DNA of 64,000 nt from Octopus vulgaris (lineage: Eukaryota). The translations under genes and the position numbers were made by a program. Positions 1 through 14,090 of the stretch are shown here, piece by piece. The DNA lies in assembly GCA_951406725.2 (NCBI GenBank), contig OX597817.1, positions 109,554,001-109,618,000 on the forward strand. The letters are read 5' to 3'. A model generated the notes under the pieces. It was not told the DNA's origin. It saw only the letters and a list, made by a program, of their open reading frames with translations, and did no database searches. Every line of letters starts with the position of its first letter. Within the stretch, counting starts at the first letter, position 1.

Positions 1-284
1 TAACGAAATTGGTATTAAAGTAGAAATTTTGTTGAAGCGGAAATTTTCTTTTCTTGGTGTTGTCACAAAAATACCGAACTAATGTTACACGTTTAAAAAC
101 AAATAACTTACTTTTGTCTTGATGTATTATTTACAGATCTTTGTAAATTGGTTCATCATATCAATGATTTAGATTATGTCTTTGATTTCGTTCCGTAGTT
201 AAGGTTACTGAAAGTGTCACACTTATACACACGCCGCGACAAGCAGAACAATATTACAGATATCTCTTGTACTTTCTCTTTTAT

Positions 285-480
285 CCCTTACTTGTTTGGG
301 TTATTGGACAGCGGCCATGATTAAGCGCTTCTTTGAAGAGTTTAGTTCGGACAAATCAACCTCGGGACTTATTTTTAAGCCTGCTACTTATTTTATCTTT
401 CTCTTTCTACAAACAGTTAGATTACGGAAGCGTAAATAAACTAAAAATGGTGGTGGGATACAGACACAAAGACACACAAA
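285..480 (-). mobile_element. tRNA-derived SINE, 3' body/tail (family A), diverged
   Basis: Diverged match (CGGCCATG...AAATCAACCTCGGGACTTAT...) to the cleaner copies at 21097-21268 and 46840-47012. Confidence 0.7.
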
Positions 481-654
481 AACACACACACACACACACA
501 TACACAAAACACACACACGTGTCTCTGTGTGTTTGTGTGTTTATGTGTTTATATGTATAAGAGTGTTATATTTCGCTTGAGGCATTGTGATATTGAAGGA
601 TGTGAAAAGAGAGAAAATAGACAGCTTCTGACAATGCGGAAATTTTAATAAAAG

Positions 655-690
655 CTTAATATATTTCGGTCTTAGCTCCATCTTCAGGAG
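655..690 (-). ncRNA. Degenerate minimal hammerhead-like motif, hit by a MITE insertion
   Basis: Minus strand reads CTGAAGA-T-GG-AGCTAAGA-CC-GAAA-TATA-TT-AAG. The pre-insertion 5' flank (from 855-862) gives CTT, which pairs with AAG as stem I. Confidence 0.4.
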
Positions 691-854
691 CAGAGCCGGC
701 CCTAGGTTTGCTGGCACCCCGGGCAAGCTGAGCTTCGGCGTGTACAAGCTGACGGTCGTGAACATTTCTTTGTCTTTGTCGCGCCCTTCTTGGCGCCCCT
801 ATTACATAGCGCCCCGGGTGACTGTGCGAGTTGCCGGTACTTTGAACCCTCCTG
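691..854. mobile_element. hAT-like (Tip100/MER45-type end) MITE, 164 bp
   Basis: GC-rich island starting CAGAGCCGGCCCTAGG and ending TTTGAACCCTCCTG (degenerate TIR), with internal GCGCCC motifs. 8-bp TSD TTCAGGAG (683-690) / TTCAGAAG (855-862). Confidence 0.7.
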
Positions 855-1034
855 TTCAGAAGGAAAAAACAGTCCAAGAAAGGTTATGTAGGATCCGTTA
901 ATCCATTCACACTTTACAGCGTTTATGTAACAGCAGCAGTTGCTCTCCAAACGTAGGTGTGATCGACGTCCCACGCATTGGTGTAAACAGACAACTCATG
1001 TTCTTCTCCCCCCCCTCTCTCTCTCTCTCTCTCT

Positions 1035-1109
<75 letters not shown>

Positions 1110-1250
1110 ACCCACATAGCTTCAATCTACCAAATCCTCTAAAAGATCCAAAGATATAGTGGAAAAGACTTGCCCTGGACGCCATGCAGTGAAACTGAAC
1201 CCGAAACCATATGTTTGGGAAAGAACCATCTTACCAGAGAACCACGTCTG
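1110..1250 (-). mobile_element. SINE family A, 5' tRNA-like head and CORE-like segment
   Basis: Reverse complement gives GGTTTCGGGTTCAGTTTCACTGCATGGCGTCCAGGGCAAGTCTTTTCCACTAT, matching 46682-46735. Confidence 0.7.
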
Positions 1251-3827
1251 ACCCTATATCTAATGGAATATAATGATTCACTAAGTAATGAATGCCGACA
1301 GCTTTATTAAACAGATAAAACCAATTACTTGATAGTTGTGAATCCAGCTAACAGCCTCTGTCTCAACCTATTCCTCTTTCTCCTCTTTTCTATACCCAAA
1401 AACTTGGAGAAGCCATACACCAGATCTCAGTCCCAAAGTGAAGACTTCCAGTCTTAGTCTTTGCTGGCATCTCATCTCGATTTTGTTTCATTCGATTATG
1501 ATCTGTTCGCGATGATTTATGGACTCATGGGACTTGTATGTATGAGTATATGCATGTATGGTGGTTGAGATATTTGGATGCATATAGTTGGCTGGTTGCT
1601 TTTATTATCCGCGTGATGACTGGGGCGTGTATGTGCGCGTACGTGTATGTAAGAATGCTGTGTGTGATGGGTGCTGTTTATGTGAAGATTGACTTACTTA
1701 TGGTTGCTGCGTACGTAAAAAGTTTGATTTGTGTGTGTGATCAAAATAGTTGTGATGGTTAATAAGTCCGTATGTGTGTGGTGACTGTCTATGGGTATGA
1801 TAGTTGAGTGTGTTTGTGTGTGATGATTGGATTATGTTTGTGTGTGTCTTTTGGCAAGTGTATGTGATGAATGGTGTGTTTGTGTGCGTGCGTGTGTGCG
1901 CGATGCAAGCAGTGGGCGCCTGCGTTTGTGTTTGTTTGTATCTGTATGACGGCTCATGTGTGTGCTCACAGCAACAATTCAACACATCATCTTTCTGGAA
2001 AAAGAACGAAATGGAGTTGAGATTTTTTTTAAATATTGAAATCCATCATGAAGACGACGAAGAATGTGTAAAAAAGAACAAAAAATGTCCAAGACTAACG
2101 ATGAGCAGATTATATTCAATTTGGTTCGTTGCCTTTCTTTTTCCCGCTAATTACAGAAAGTTAAAATTCATAGATTTAGTGCTAGATCGTTGAGCGTATC
2201 TATTTCATAAACACGCAGAAATGTAGATTAATGTCCCTCTTGGTAAAGTACTTATATAAAACCGAGAGGTTTATTAGTGAATTCGATTCTCTACCGCTGT
2301 TTATACTATCTTCCATATATATATATTATCGATTTCTTTTTTCTAACAAGAACCTAAAGCTCAAAATTTTGTGATACAGCAGAGTAGTTAAAAATCGACC
2401 TCATATTTAAAGTACATATATTATCGACTCCAGAATTCTAACTCAGAAAGTGAAGCAGCATAATCGGCATCAACAGTAATCTAACTCTTTTCTAAGTCTG
2501 CTGTAATTTAAGTCTGCCGAATCTGTCATCAGCTACTGCCCTACATTTTTAGTGATGCATATCATATGAGGTAATATAATTTTCCCAATAAAATCATCCA
2601 GAGAAGCAACTTATTTCTTGCATTGCTTTACAAACCAAAAAAAATTTACTTTTCATTTCTTCGTCAACGAAAACAAAATCGCTATAAAAGAATATCTTAT
2701 CCTGATGATTCATACTCGTACAGAATGTAACAACTTACCGTCTAAAATATACATATGTATATAAATACGAGCCAAAATAGAGTTGTATGTGCTTACCAGA
2801 CCATCTAATATAGCTGCCAAATTTCTATTCAGGCTTTACTATGAAGGGTAAGACGGACAGTGTAATCCTAGATATTCCAAAGTAAGGGATTGTCACGGGT
2901 GGAACACCTTTGGTCATAGGTCTTCTTAATCAGGACTGGCGGCAGTAACAACATATTAAAGAGATTCTTTAACTCTTATTTCTTTAATATCTATCCTACT
3001 ACTTTCAGCTGAACTTTTCTGTAATTGAAGCAGCATCCCACATATTTCTGCTTGAATAGACATTTGTACAACTTGGCCCTTCGTTCACTGTACACGCGCC
3101 AAACCTACTCCAAGTCCGTTAAAGTTCATTGTATCAGCTTATCAGCTTATTTTGCGTTCAGGCAATTAAGATTAGGAAAAAGATATTTTACAAGTACATT
3201 CCTGTATTGCAGAATCCGAATGTTATTCATTACTTTGAATGGGATTTAATATTATCTTACACTTGTTTGAGAAACTATTCCACGACAATACTACTTCACA
3301 TCAGATAATGTAAATTACATTAAATGTATATGTATTATTGAAACAATTTCTAACCTTTTACAAATGTAATATTTCCCCATCATTAATAGAGATCAATCTA
3401 TTTTCTTACCAATATAAGAATGTCATCGAGTTCATAAACATTGATGCTATGAGTAAATAATAAAGATTATTCACTGCCATTCGATTTGCAAGAAATAGGA
3501 GCAGAATCTTTCTCAAGTTACACCGTGCTTTCTTAAATCAAAGGCAACATATGAGATAATGTAGTTCTTGATATAAAAATATAGAGTATAGATGTCATGT
3601 TGATGACCCTGATACCAATTTTCATAGGTTTGCTTCATCATTAAATTTAAGTAACAACTTAATTATTTTATAGAGATAAAAAACAACACAATTGATAAAT
3701 TATTGCAGAATACGGAACTAACTGCTTAATTTAATAGATGGAGAATATGATGCAGGTAGTTAGAAGAATATTTTCGAGTCCTTTCGAAGGATTTGTTACT
3801 CACAAGTCTATAATTATAAGAGTGGTT

Positions 3828-3951
<124 letters not shown>

Positions 3952-4959
3952 TGTATGTATGTATGTATGTATGTATGTATGTGTGTATGTATGTATGTAT
4001 GTACTAGACTACCCGTAACCTGTTGGGTCACCGTGAAAGTCTGAGTTTCCCAGCAACAGAGTTTTGTTTCGTGGGGTTTTTTTTCTTTCCGGGATGTCAA
4101 ATGTGACATCGAAATCACGCGTAAACAGCTTATTTCACCCAGAAAAGGAAAGATTTAGCTGCTATTTCTTGCATGCCCTGATACCACATAACAGGTATTT
4201 CAAGTCCTTTATCGCAAATAGCTGTTACATGCTAGCAGGGAGTGCTAGAATTAACAGCCAAATCTTTGGGGTTGAGATACGTTGAATACCCTCAAAAGCA
4301 CCTATGGAAAAAAATTATTTCACACCAAGGTTACGGACGGATCTTTTCAGAAATGTTTACCGCATTTTTAAAGTTGTTTTCACTCTAAAATATTTTTTGA
4401 ATATGCCAAAAACAATTCTTGTAATGGTATTCACTTCAAAATAATTTTAAAAACATTAAAATATTATGTTTAAAGAAAGCTAGAATATAAATACTTATTG
4501 TATAACCAACTTAAATTTTTGAAATCACATTCATTTATAAATATATTTAAATGATTAAAACATTCTCTTTAACAAAAGCGAAAATAGAAACATTTACTAT
4601 AAAAAAAACAAATCGTATCAAGTCACTGTGTCTAATCGAAAGGTAAGAGTTTCTTCCCTCTTACGGATAAGTCATTTTCAGAATATTATCCCATTATGCA
4701 CCGTTTTGGGTATTTATATCCCGAAAACCTCTAACATCTCAACAACCACTTGTCTGATTTACGTGAAACTCATTTTATTCCATTCGTATTCACATTTCAG
4801 GGGACTTTAATTCATATCATTTTCCCATTATGCACCAGTTTGGCATGGTAACATTGCAGGCAAGCAAGATTCAAGCTCATTTTCAATATATTATAATAGA
4901 AAAGATGTACATGTGTATGAATATAAATTATTCCGAATTACAGAATATAAAAATAGTAA

Positions 4960-5400
4960 AGTAGCGGAAGGAGTTTTCTGCTAAGTTACTTGGACAATCA
5001 CCATTGATAGTTGAAGGCAAAATATTTACAAGGTATTTGACTCACTGCTTACTGATGCTGGAAATTTTAGAATGCAGGAGTTGAAAGCTGCATTCAATTC
5101 GACTCAATCTATGCTACAAGATTGGATCGTATGTCAACAGACATATGTAAAGCATGCATGAAGGATGCACTGGATGATTTGACAAAATACCTTTGCATTA
5201 AAATCTCCTGCAATGAGAGATTGATTATATTTTGGAACTTCAAGCATCAAACCTGAAAGTTCATAGTAGAATCTCTAAATCTGCAAGATTTGTACACTGT
5301 AGCAATAGATTATGGTTAGCTTTGGATTTCCATTGAAAGTTGCTATCATTATTCTTGGAGTTATAAACTCAACATAGAGCAAAGATTCCTTATGTTTTTT
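4960..5400 (+). mobile_element. Highly decayed non-LTR (LINE) RT remnant
   Basis: Frameshifted translation GNFRMQELKAA...ATRLDRMSTDICK resembles the F-x-x-x-E-L...KAxGxDxI motif upstream of LINE RT. A later HSRISKSA segment also fits. Confidence 0.3.
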
Positions 5401-5744
5401 TTGAACTGGAAATCATGCCTGCTCCTCCGATAGTCGAACTGTTTTAAGCTCTCTCATTTGAATTGGATATAAGTTTTCATCCTTTTCCTAAATCATGATT
5501 TAGGTCACAAATCAACGGAGCTCTCTCATTGAAGAAAAGACAATTTAGAATCCATATATTGTTCTTTTATTTTAATTCCCTACAGCAATGATAAATTAAA
5601 ATAATTGGACGTCTGTATGAACTGTCTACACAGAACCCAAACTTCTCACTCTTTTAGCTTGAACGCAGATGTCAACTATCCCCATAAATTATAACTGAAT
5701 TCGAAGTATATTGAATTGTACTCTATGCTAGACATGGTTTCATA

Positions 5745-5920
5745 TTTGAAACAGGGCTAGCAATTTTTGTGGGATGGGTAATTCGATTACATCGACCCCA
5801 GTACTTGACAGGTATTTATTTTGTCGGGGTGAAAATGAGGAAAGGCAAAGTCGACCTTGGTAGAATTTGAGCGCTAAGCATTTTTTCGGCGTGCTAACAA
5901 TTCTGCAAGCTCACCACCTT
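5745..5920 (-). mobile_element. tRNA-derived SINE family B (Meta-like central domain)
   Basis: Reverse complement AAGGTGGTGAGCTTGCAGAATTGTTAGCACGCCG...AAGGTCGACTTTGCCTTTCCTC. Related copies at 22.8, 30.2, 40.6 and 58.3 kb. Confidence 0.75.
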
Positions 5921-7909
5921 ATTCTATGCTAATAACAAACATTCGCTTTCTTCCCCACTCGTTCGCAATTTAGGTACAAATTCTTTACTGTTCTACTACT
6001 GAACACTATATCAATCTTCATACTAATTATATCTTTCGAGAGTCAGGGGAACTTAATGGCCAATGCTCGTTGTGGTTTATAGTCTTGCAGGTTACATTAA
6101 TTGCCCTTCCCACAGTGACGCTATTGTGAGTTGTTTCGCAGATGTTAAGTTTACAAGGGAAAACGTTCCGTCATTTGCTATTTATACAGTACTAATATTG
6201 CTATAGAGCCTATATGTGGACACTGGCCATAGAAACATTCTAGTAGAACTATAGGAATGTATTATGTTTCGATGCGGTCATCTACAGATCAGCATTATAG
6301 AATATTGCTTCAATTTTCTATATGAAAAAATCGAATATCCTAGAATTTGAAATAAACTAACGGCAATTTTTATCTAGGACTCTGCGATGAAGTTAATTGT
6401 AGTAATCTTAGATAACTTCATTTGAGAACTTTATTACTACACTTATGACCACGCGTATACGAAAGGAAAAATGGTTAGAGTTAATAAACATGTCATGTAA
6501 TATATGATCTGTTATATCAACATATGCTATGAAATAGCTGATGTTTAACTTTGCTAATGTATAAAAAACATGAATCTGAAAATGATCATATACTACAAAA
6601 AGCATAACACTTACAATTAAACGGCATTTTAGGTGTTGGCAGGCATCATTCCAGATGTATGATGCTAGCAAATAAAAAAAATCAAGTATTTGTTGACATA
6701 TTGTGTTAGTGGTGATTATAGAACAATAAATTAATGTGTTGTATTAGTAGTATCGAAAATGCTAAAATAGCATAGCAAAGTTTGTAAATAAAACGTTATC
6801 TGTCTTTTAAATGCAAACTGCAAAAACGATATACTTTGTACTATCCATCAGTATTTCTTTAGGTTATCACAAAAAAACAGATATATTTTCAGATATTTAC
6901 AGACGTATTGTGAAATATCTTCGCTGAGTTTCAGCAAGGTTATAAACGAAGACCACAAGTGAGGTGGCATTCGTTTATGATTTTTTTCTGTGAATGGAAT
7001 ATTAAAAAGTAAAGGTCATAGTCCTCTGTGTAGATGATTAATCATAATATTTTTCAAACTAAAATATTCATACCATGTCAATAATCATGTGTATTGTTGA
7101 TTCTTTTTTAGACGCGAACATTAATATACTTGGACCAATATACTATCTCATGATTCAAATTATGCCAAATACTTTTATAGCTGAAAAAACGCGAGACACG
7201 CAGTAACACATTACACATGCAGGAAACTTTAGCGCTAGAAAATATTGGAATACATCTATTACTTTGCTTAGATATAAGCTGGCTGTCATCAGTAGTGTCC
7301 AGTTTAGCAGCGTGCACACATCATCGAAAATGATGGGAAAAACAAACTTTGCCAGTATTTAGAAGAAAAACAAGCTGGTTTTCTGGGGGTTTTTTGCTTC
7401 TGTTTTGTTTTGTTTTTCTTTTTGTTTCGTTGTGTTTTTTGTTTTCTTTTAGGTCTGGTAGATCTGAAATGATTTGTAGCAAGAAAAAGCAACTGCCAGA
7501 ACGGAAGCAATATATTTAAGTGGAACATTACTAAATAATTCAAAGCGGCAATAACTGTTGTATCTACATGGATTGTTGTTCCTGTAGATATTGCTACTAT
7601 TTCTGCTGCTTTAGCGGCAAAGTTTTGTTTAGTTTTACAGTTATTTTTTGATGGTGGTTATTAGAGTTAATGCGTTTTTGTATTTACAAGCATGTGTCGT
7701 GGAGCTAGCTTTAACATACCAATACAGCAATAATAGAGCCAATGGGTTGAAAGGTTAGCTTTCACGATGTCACTCAACCTCCTCGAAATAGTAATCAATA
7801 TTTTTTCTCAAATGACGCTCTGCCATCTTAAAAACGAAAGAGGCATTAGACAATGTAGTTTTTAATATATAAAACTGGCAGAGATACGCGGGATTAAAAT
7901 GGTATAGTT

Positions 7910-7954
<45 letters not shown>

Positions 7955-8149
7955 CAGTTATGTTGAAACAGGTGATATGGAAAAGTGTAGCATTAACGAC
8001 ATGTCATGCCTATGTTTTGAGTATTCCTGACCCTAATCTGTCATGGAAATTGGGGGTGGGGGTTATGTGATTTTTGAAAGTTACCGAAAAGCTGTCAGTG
8101 GATATATACTCTCCTTTGCGGTAGTTGGAGCTGCGTCAAACACGAGCCA

Positions 8150-8990
8150 TCGTCTGAAGTTTTGATGCCTCCTTCGGGTTTGTTATTCTACATCACTCAC
8201 GAAGTAAATTTGAAGGAAGTGTAGTTGTTGATTTGTGGGTGACAGGAAAGCAATGAGGTGATAGGCTTGGCCTTGAACTTTGAACGTTGGCGTAAATCCA
8301 TGTTCAACTATCTCCTTAGATGTACCAAACGATGTCATTTGAAATGCAGAGTTGTATTATCTGATATTGTCCTGAAAATCCTTTGACTTGACAGAAGTGC
8401 TTTCCAGAAGATCTATAAGTGGTTGAGGAGAAGCTGGTAGTGCTGGCAATCTTACCTTACCGGCTGAGCAGCTTTGAATTCTTATTTATATGTCACTGGC
8501 ACCAAACACGTGACTCCAAGCCACCAAATGCTTTTGTTGCCCTTTGAACTCGGATTGGTATTTCTGCATCAAGATTTCTATCATTTTGAACAAAGCTTCC
8601 AAGGTAGACGAACGAATCAACAACCTCATGTAACGTTCCCTTAATAAAAATTTTAGCAGGGTTACAAACAGCATCACACGCAGGTTGATGCACTTTTGTT
8701 TCAACTTAATGGTCAAGCCAAACTCATCACCAGGCGAGTCAAATGCAGATACAAGAGATTGCAGACCTGTTTCAGAATGACTGACAAGATTGCAATCGTC
8801 AGCGTACAAAAAGTTACCTTGACTGAAGTAGAAGCATTCGTTTTGAATTTCAGTCTGGTCAGATTAAAAACATTTGCTGTTCGATATTTTATGTAGATAC
8901 CCTCCTCATTTTTTTTGAAAAGTATGTGACAACGCAACAGCAAAATATATTACAAAGAGAGTGGGTGCATCAGGGCAATTTGCTTTTCAT
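8150..8990 (-). mobile_element. RTE/BovB-like LINE reverse transcriptase fragment (pseudogene)
   Basis: Frameshifted peptides GIYIKYRTANVFNLTRLK, YADDCNLVSHSETGLQ..FGLTI, VVDSFVYLGS and AEIPIRVQRATKAFGGL are typical of RTE RT domains. Confidence 0.85.
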
Positions 8991-9045
8991 TGATACATGC
9001 TACATTTAAGTTACGTATATGTGAGCATACATAAAAAGAAAGAAA

Positions 9046-9091
<46 letters not shown>

Positions 9092-9940
9092 AACTAATCG
9101 TGCTGAATATAGCGTGTATTAGAAAGCCTAAGAAATAAATTTAACTGCTTCAACTACGTATTTTAAATCTTTCATAGCAATATTAGAAACAGATGTGAAT
9201 GGATCTAATTCTCTTAGTTCTCGGAAGAACGAATGAAATAGTTCCGAAATCTCTTGTAATTTCGTGACTCCTCACGAATATCTCTGTTCAGAAGAGCAAT
9301 ATAGCCAATTGCTGTTTAAAAGAAGACACAAGCTAAAACTTGCATGTAAAAGCATGACGTAACTGCATATCGCATGATTTTCGAGGGTAGTAGGAAACCA
9401 AGATCAATTTCTAGTTATCACAGTACTCATTCTCGGCGTTTCAGAATATTATACATCACGCACACACGCACATACACAGATATATACACATGTGTATACG
9501 TATGCGTGTGTATCGCTGATTGTGATAGCAGCGGCTTTTACTTCTTCACTAGATATCAGTTACGCTACAGGGAAAATAGTAGCTGAATTTATCTGATTTC
9601 ATTTGCATAAAAATGCAGATGTCGTCAACGTGTGTTAATTAACAACTGCACTATTCAGCAATTTTGTGAATATAGATACAAGAAAAATTTTGTGTGGTTT
9701 TTGGAAACACATTTGTTAGCCTCACTGACGGCAATGTGGTAATGTCATGTTTTTTCGCTATGGACCTTCAAATACAGGATTCTGTCTGATTAGTTTCAAT
9801 GCTTTCTACCTTCATGAGTGCTCGATTGTTTTTTTTTAACGACCTCAGACAGAAGGGCAAATTATAGCTATTTCTAGCAAGATCAAACTTGAATATAACT
9901 ACATATATATGCTGTGCGGTGCTTTATTGATGTGTATATA

Positions 9941-10158
9941 CGAGGGAGTGCCGAAAGGTTTATGGCTTTAAGGGTGTCGCAAGAAAACCTGGTTGGAGGG
10001 CCAACATTCTGAGTTCTTATACAGAGCTTAGAAAGCGTGAAGGATTGCTGCAATAAATGTGTGAATCTGAGAGGGAAATATGTTGAATAAAATCATAATT
10101 CACTGATCCTGCTGTACATTCATTTATCCAAATCCAGGAACTTTTCAGCGCCACCTCG
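9941..10158 (+). mobile_element. Mariner-derived MITE (internally deleted)
   Basis: TA-CGAGGGAGTGCCGAAAGG ... ACTTTTCAGCGCCACCTCG-TG TIRs. Retains the mariner C-terminus CNKCVNLRGKYVE*. Confidence 0.8.
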
Positions 10159-10237
10159 TGTACACACATACACACATATATACATACATACGTACATACA
10201 TACGTACACACACACTTATGCACATACACATATGTGT

Positions 10238-10239
<2 letters not shown>

Positions 10240-10325
<86 letters not shown>

Positions 10326-10473
10326 GTAGATAGATATACATGAATATATGTGTTATATGTGCGTGCGTTTATGTATTTATGCATGTATTGTGGCTGGCCG
10401 ACAGAGTGGAGTGCTGCTCCATGCCAAGAATTGCGCTTCAAATTCTGAGGTTCTAAGATCGATCACTTCAACT
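10240..10473 (+). repeat. Donor segment duplicated into the Penelope element at 12262-12509
   Basis: (GATA)n plus about 140 bp of unique sequence, near-identical to 12262-12509. Confidence 0.9.
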
Positions 10474-10726
10474 AGCTGTAAATACATACTAAACCCTAAT
10501 GTGGATCAACAACGCAAAATTTATAGGTAGCTATGTCCGAGGATTGATTCATTAGCTTGCATTGTCGACTTTTAAAAGGCAATCTTATGCTTGCATTCGC
10601 TTTGACCTGAGGATGAATGCTAAAAGAAGTAATGTGTATGCTGACATCCACACAAAATTATTCTTATGTTATGCTTATATAGAACAGTATCTATGTATCT
10701 ATCAACCTATCTTCCTATCCATCTAT

Positions 10727-10766
<40 letters not shown>

Positions 10767-11735
10767 ATATCTGCATTTAGCTAAATAGCTTTCTAACTAT
10801 CAGTATAATCATCTATCTAGCTTCCTATATAAATCTACATGCACATCTGTGTGTGTATATGTACATAGATTATTATATATGCGTGCTCGGTTGTGTGTGC
10901 GTGACTACCACCAGGTTACGGGCGATTCTCTGTTTACAAGTGTAGTATTACTTTCTTTTTGATCGCAATTCTGGCATCCGCAGCTAAATTTATTAAATGT
11001 CAATTGTGTTGCATTGTGCATACAAATTGTATTGAGGACACATTCAAATGTAGTATAGCTAGCTGCTTTCAAAAGAAAGGACTTCTTTGCTACAGAGATG
11101 TCACTCGCAATAATAACAGTATAGACCCCTACTATCTACTTTACTAGGTGAGACGTGTTCCTGATGTTTTTATAAATAAATGTATAGTAAAAAAAAGAAT
11201 CACATATCCGCTGTCGGCCATTTTATATATACAGGAATGTTTAATGTTTATTGAATACGAAATAAATCCTCTCACTCCGTCTATTTCTTCGTTCTCGCTC
11301 TCTCTTTCTATCTCTCACTCCCTTCTCTCACAATATATATATATATATATGTGTATATATATATATGGAGAGAGAGATATTGAAAGAAAGAGAAGAGAGA
11401 GAGAGAAAAAGGAAGAGAGAGCGAAACAAGAGAAGAGAGAGAGAAGAAAAGAGAGAGAAAGAAAATTATGCAAATAAACAGACTTAACGCCTTAGGTTTG
11501 ATAAATAGAATATATATACATGTGTACTTGTCAATAATGAAAAGACAAGACTGAAATATTTTCAGATGATTAACATCCGCGTATAAATATGTGAACCCCA
11601 GGAATTCCCCTTTTCGTCATTGTTTACCTTACTGATTTGGTCCTCGGTAAGGCTTTTGAACTGTAAGTTCAATCACTTCAGCGCTACAGTGTTTTCTATA
11701 TAGAGATTCTCTCGATCTCATCTATTATCTCTCTA

Positions 11736-11768
<33 letters not shown>

Positions 11769-11816
11769 CTATCTCTCTCTTTATATATATATATAACTAT
11801 ATGTGTGTGTGTATTG

Positions 11817-12259
11817 ATCAGAAATAAAAGCAACTTCCTACCATCAAAAGGGAGAAATAAAACACTGAACGATTTTTGCAAATACATCCAGAGTCTCCCC
11901 TTTACCCCAGGCAAAACCAAGGTAAAATCCAATTTCAGTAAGGAAAAATGGAAAAAACCTACGTGACATACAACTGGATAAAAACCTTACCATCATAAAA
12001 GCCGACAAAGGGAGCGCTGTGGTCCTTATGGACACGGAGTTTTATAAACACCTAGTGCTTTCCATGCTAAACAATAACATTTTCTATGAGGTTATTAACA
12101 ACTATAAACAACAAAAAACAATCAGAAACCTCACCACACTCATACTCCAGCACGGTCAGGGACTCACAGAAAAAGAAAGGGATTATATCACCAATTTCAA
12201 ATGCAAGCCCAGCCTTTTTTATGACCTTCCTAAAATCCATAAAAACAAATACATCACCG

Positions 12260-12341
<82 letters not shown>

Positions 12342-14090
12342 TACATGAATATATGTATATATGTGCGTGCGTTTATGTATTTATGCATGTATTGTGGCTG
12401 GCCGACAGAGTGGAGTGCTGCTCCATGCCAAGAATTGCGCTTCAAATTTCTGAGGTTCTAAGATCGATCACTTCAAATTTCTGAGGTTCTAAGATCGATC
12501 ACTTCAACTCTCCTCTGACATCCACATCAACATCAAAGCACCGGAGGACCTAAAACTAAGGCCCATCGTGGCTGGCACCTCCTGTGAAACACACCGCCTG
12601 AATAATTTCCTAGACATCCTTTTGAAACCTTTCCTTACCCACATCAAAAGTTTCATTAGGGATGATCTGGATATGCTCAAACACCTCCCGAAAACAGTTA
12701 ACGAGGAGGCGCTCCTGGTATCCTTTGGTGTCATCAACCTCTACACCAACATCCCACATGAATATGGTATTGAGGCAATTGATTTCTCGCTAGAAAAACA
12801 CCCAGAGTCATTCCCTGACCGCATTCACAAGACCTTTATTACAGAATCACTCAAGTTCATTCTAACAAACAATTTTTTCCTCTTCGACAACACACACTAC
12901 CGTCAAAAATGTGGTATTGCGATGGGTACCAAGGCTGCACCAGTCCTTGCGAACCTCATAATGGGTTTCTTCGAACTATCACTCTATGAAATATCACGCC
13001 AGAAATTTGGACATGTTTTCCACAGCTACCTAATGGAAAACTGGAAAAGGTATTTGGATGATTGTTTCATCATATGGAAAGAACCTTATGAAAAACTTCT
13101 GGAATTCAAAACCATACTGAACAACATACATCCCAACATCCAATTCACTATGGAATTAAGCACACATCATCTCCCTTTCCTTGATCTCCTAATTATAAAA
13201 ACACCTAAGAACCAAATCATAACAGACATCTACCACAAACCTACAGACTCACAACAATATCTCCTCTTTAGTTCATGCCACCCAAAACACACCAAGACAA
13301 ATATCCCTTTCAACTTAGCTAAAAGGGTATGCACCATTGTCTCGAATCCAAAAACACGAGAAATACGCCTTCAAGACCTCAAAAAAACACTATTACAATG
13401 ACAATATCCCTCCACCCTTATAGAGTATGGAATAAAACGCGCCAAAGAACTAGACAACATTACACTGAAGACCACCCAACCTAACACCACACACAACCCC
13501 AAAATACTTCCATACATTTCCACCCACAACCCCAAAAATATCGAAGCATACACCACAATCATACAAAACCACAGTCTACTGTCAACAGACTCAAAAATGA
13601 AAAACATTATAAATACACACAAAATCCTCAAATGTAAAAGGCAACACAAATCTTTAAAAAAACTCTTGACAAATGCCAAACTTCACACACCACACCCACC
13701 CCCAGCAGTTAAAAAATGTGCACGCCCAAACTGTGGCACCTGCCCCTTCCTCTGACGAAGTTTAAAATCAAGACTAACTTCTCCTGTTCCTCCGAGAACC
13801 TTATCTACGTTCTCACATGCGCTGGTTGCCAACATAATTATGTTGGACAAACGAGTCTCCCGTTACGTAAACGAGTAGCGGTGCATAAAAAACAAATAAA
13901 TCTCCCGGAATACCGACAAATTCCACTGAGTGACCACATAGACTCATGCGCTAAAGACATAAATCCCAAATTCTACATATTCCCCTTCTACCAATGTAAA
14001 GACGGGATCACCACACAGGCGAGAATTAACAAGGAGAATCTCTTTATTGAAAACTTCAAAACGCAACTTAATATGCAAACTCCTCGTTGA
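11817..14090 (+). pseudogene. PLE RT-GIY-YIG polyprotein pseudogene
   Basis: Lesions: A-run frameshift near 11955, 246-bp insertion at 12262, motif A Asp replaced by Gly (VSFGV), TGA at 13399-13401, and a stop/deletion near 13755. Confidence 0.9.

Noticed and set aside
2702-2730. CTGATGA boxes at 2702, 22255, 28925, 30157 and 32752(-), and CTGAAGA at 14495, 29293 and 49871
   Set aside because: No correctly placed stem II, GAAA, UH and stem I; expected by chance.
7450-7625. Membrane-protein-like minus-strand frame, loosely similar to 30720-30870
   Set aside because: No splice or homology support; more likely two decayed copies of a repeat.
12440-12507. CRISPR-like 31-bp repeats
   Set aside because: Directly adjacent tandem duplication with no spacers, eukaryotic context and no cas genes.
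13371-13679. 102-aa minus-strand hydrophobic ORF
   Set aside because: Antisense shadow of the A/C-rich Penelope coding strand.
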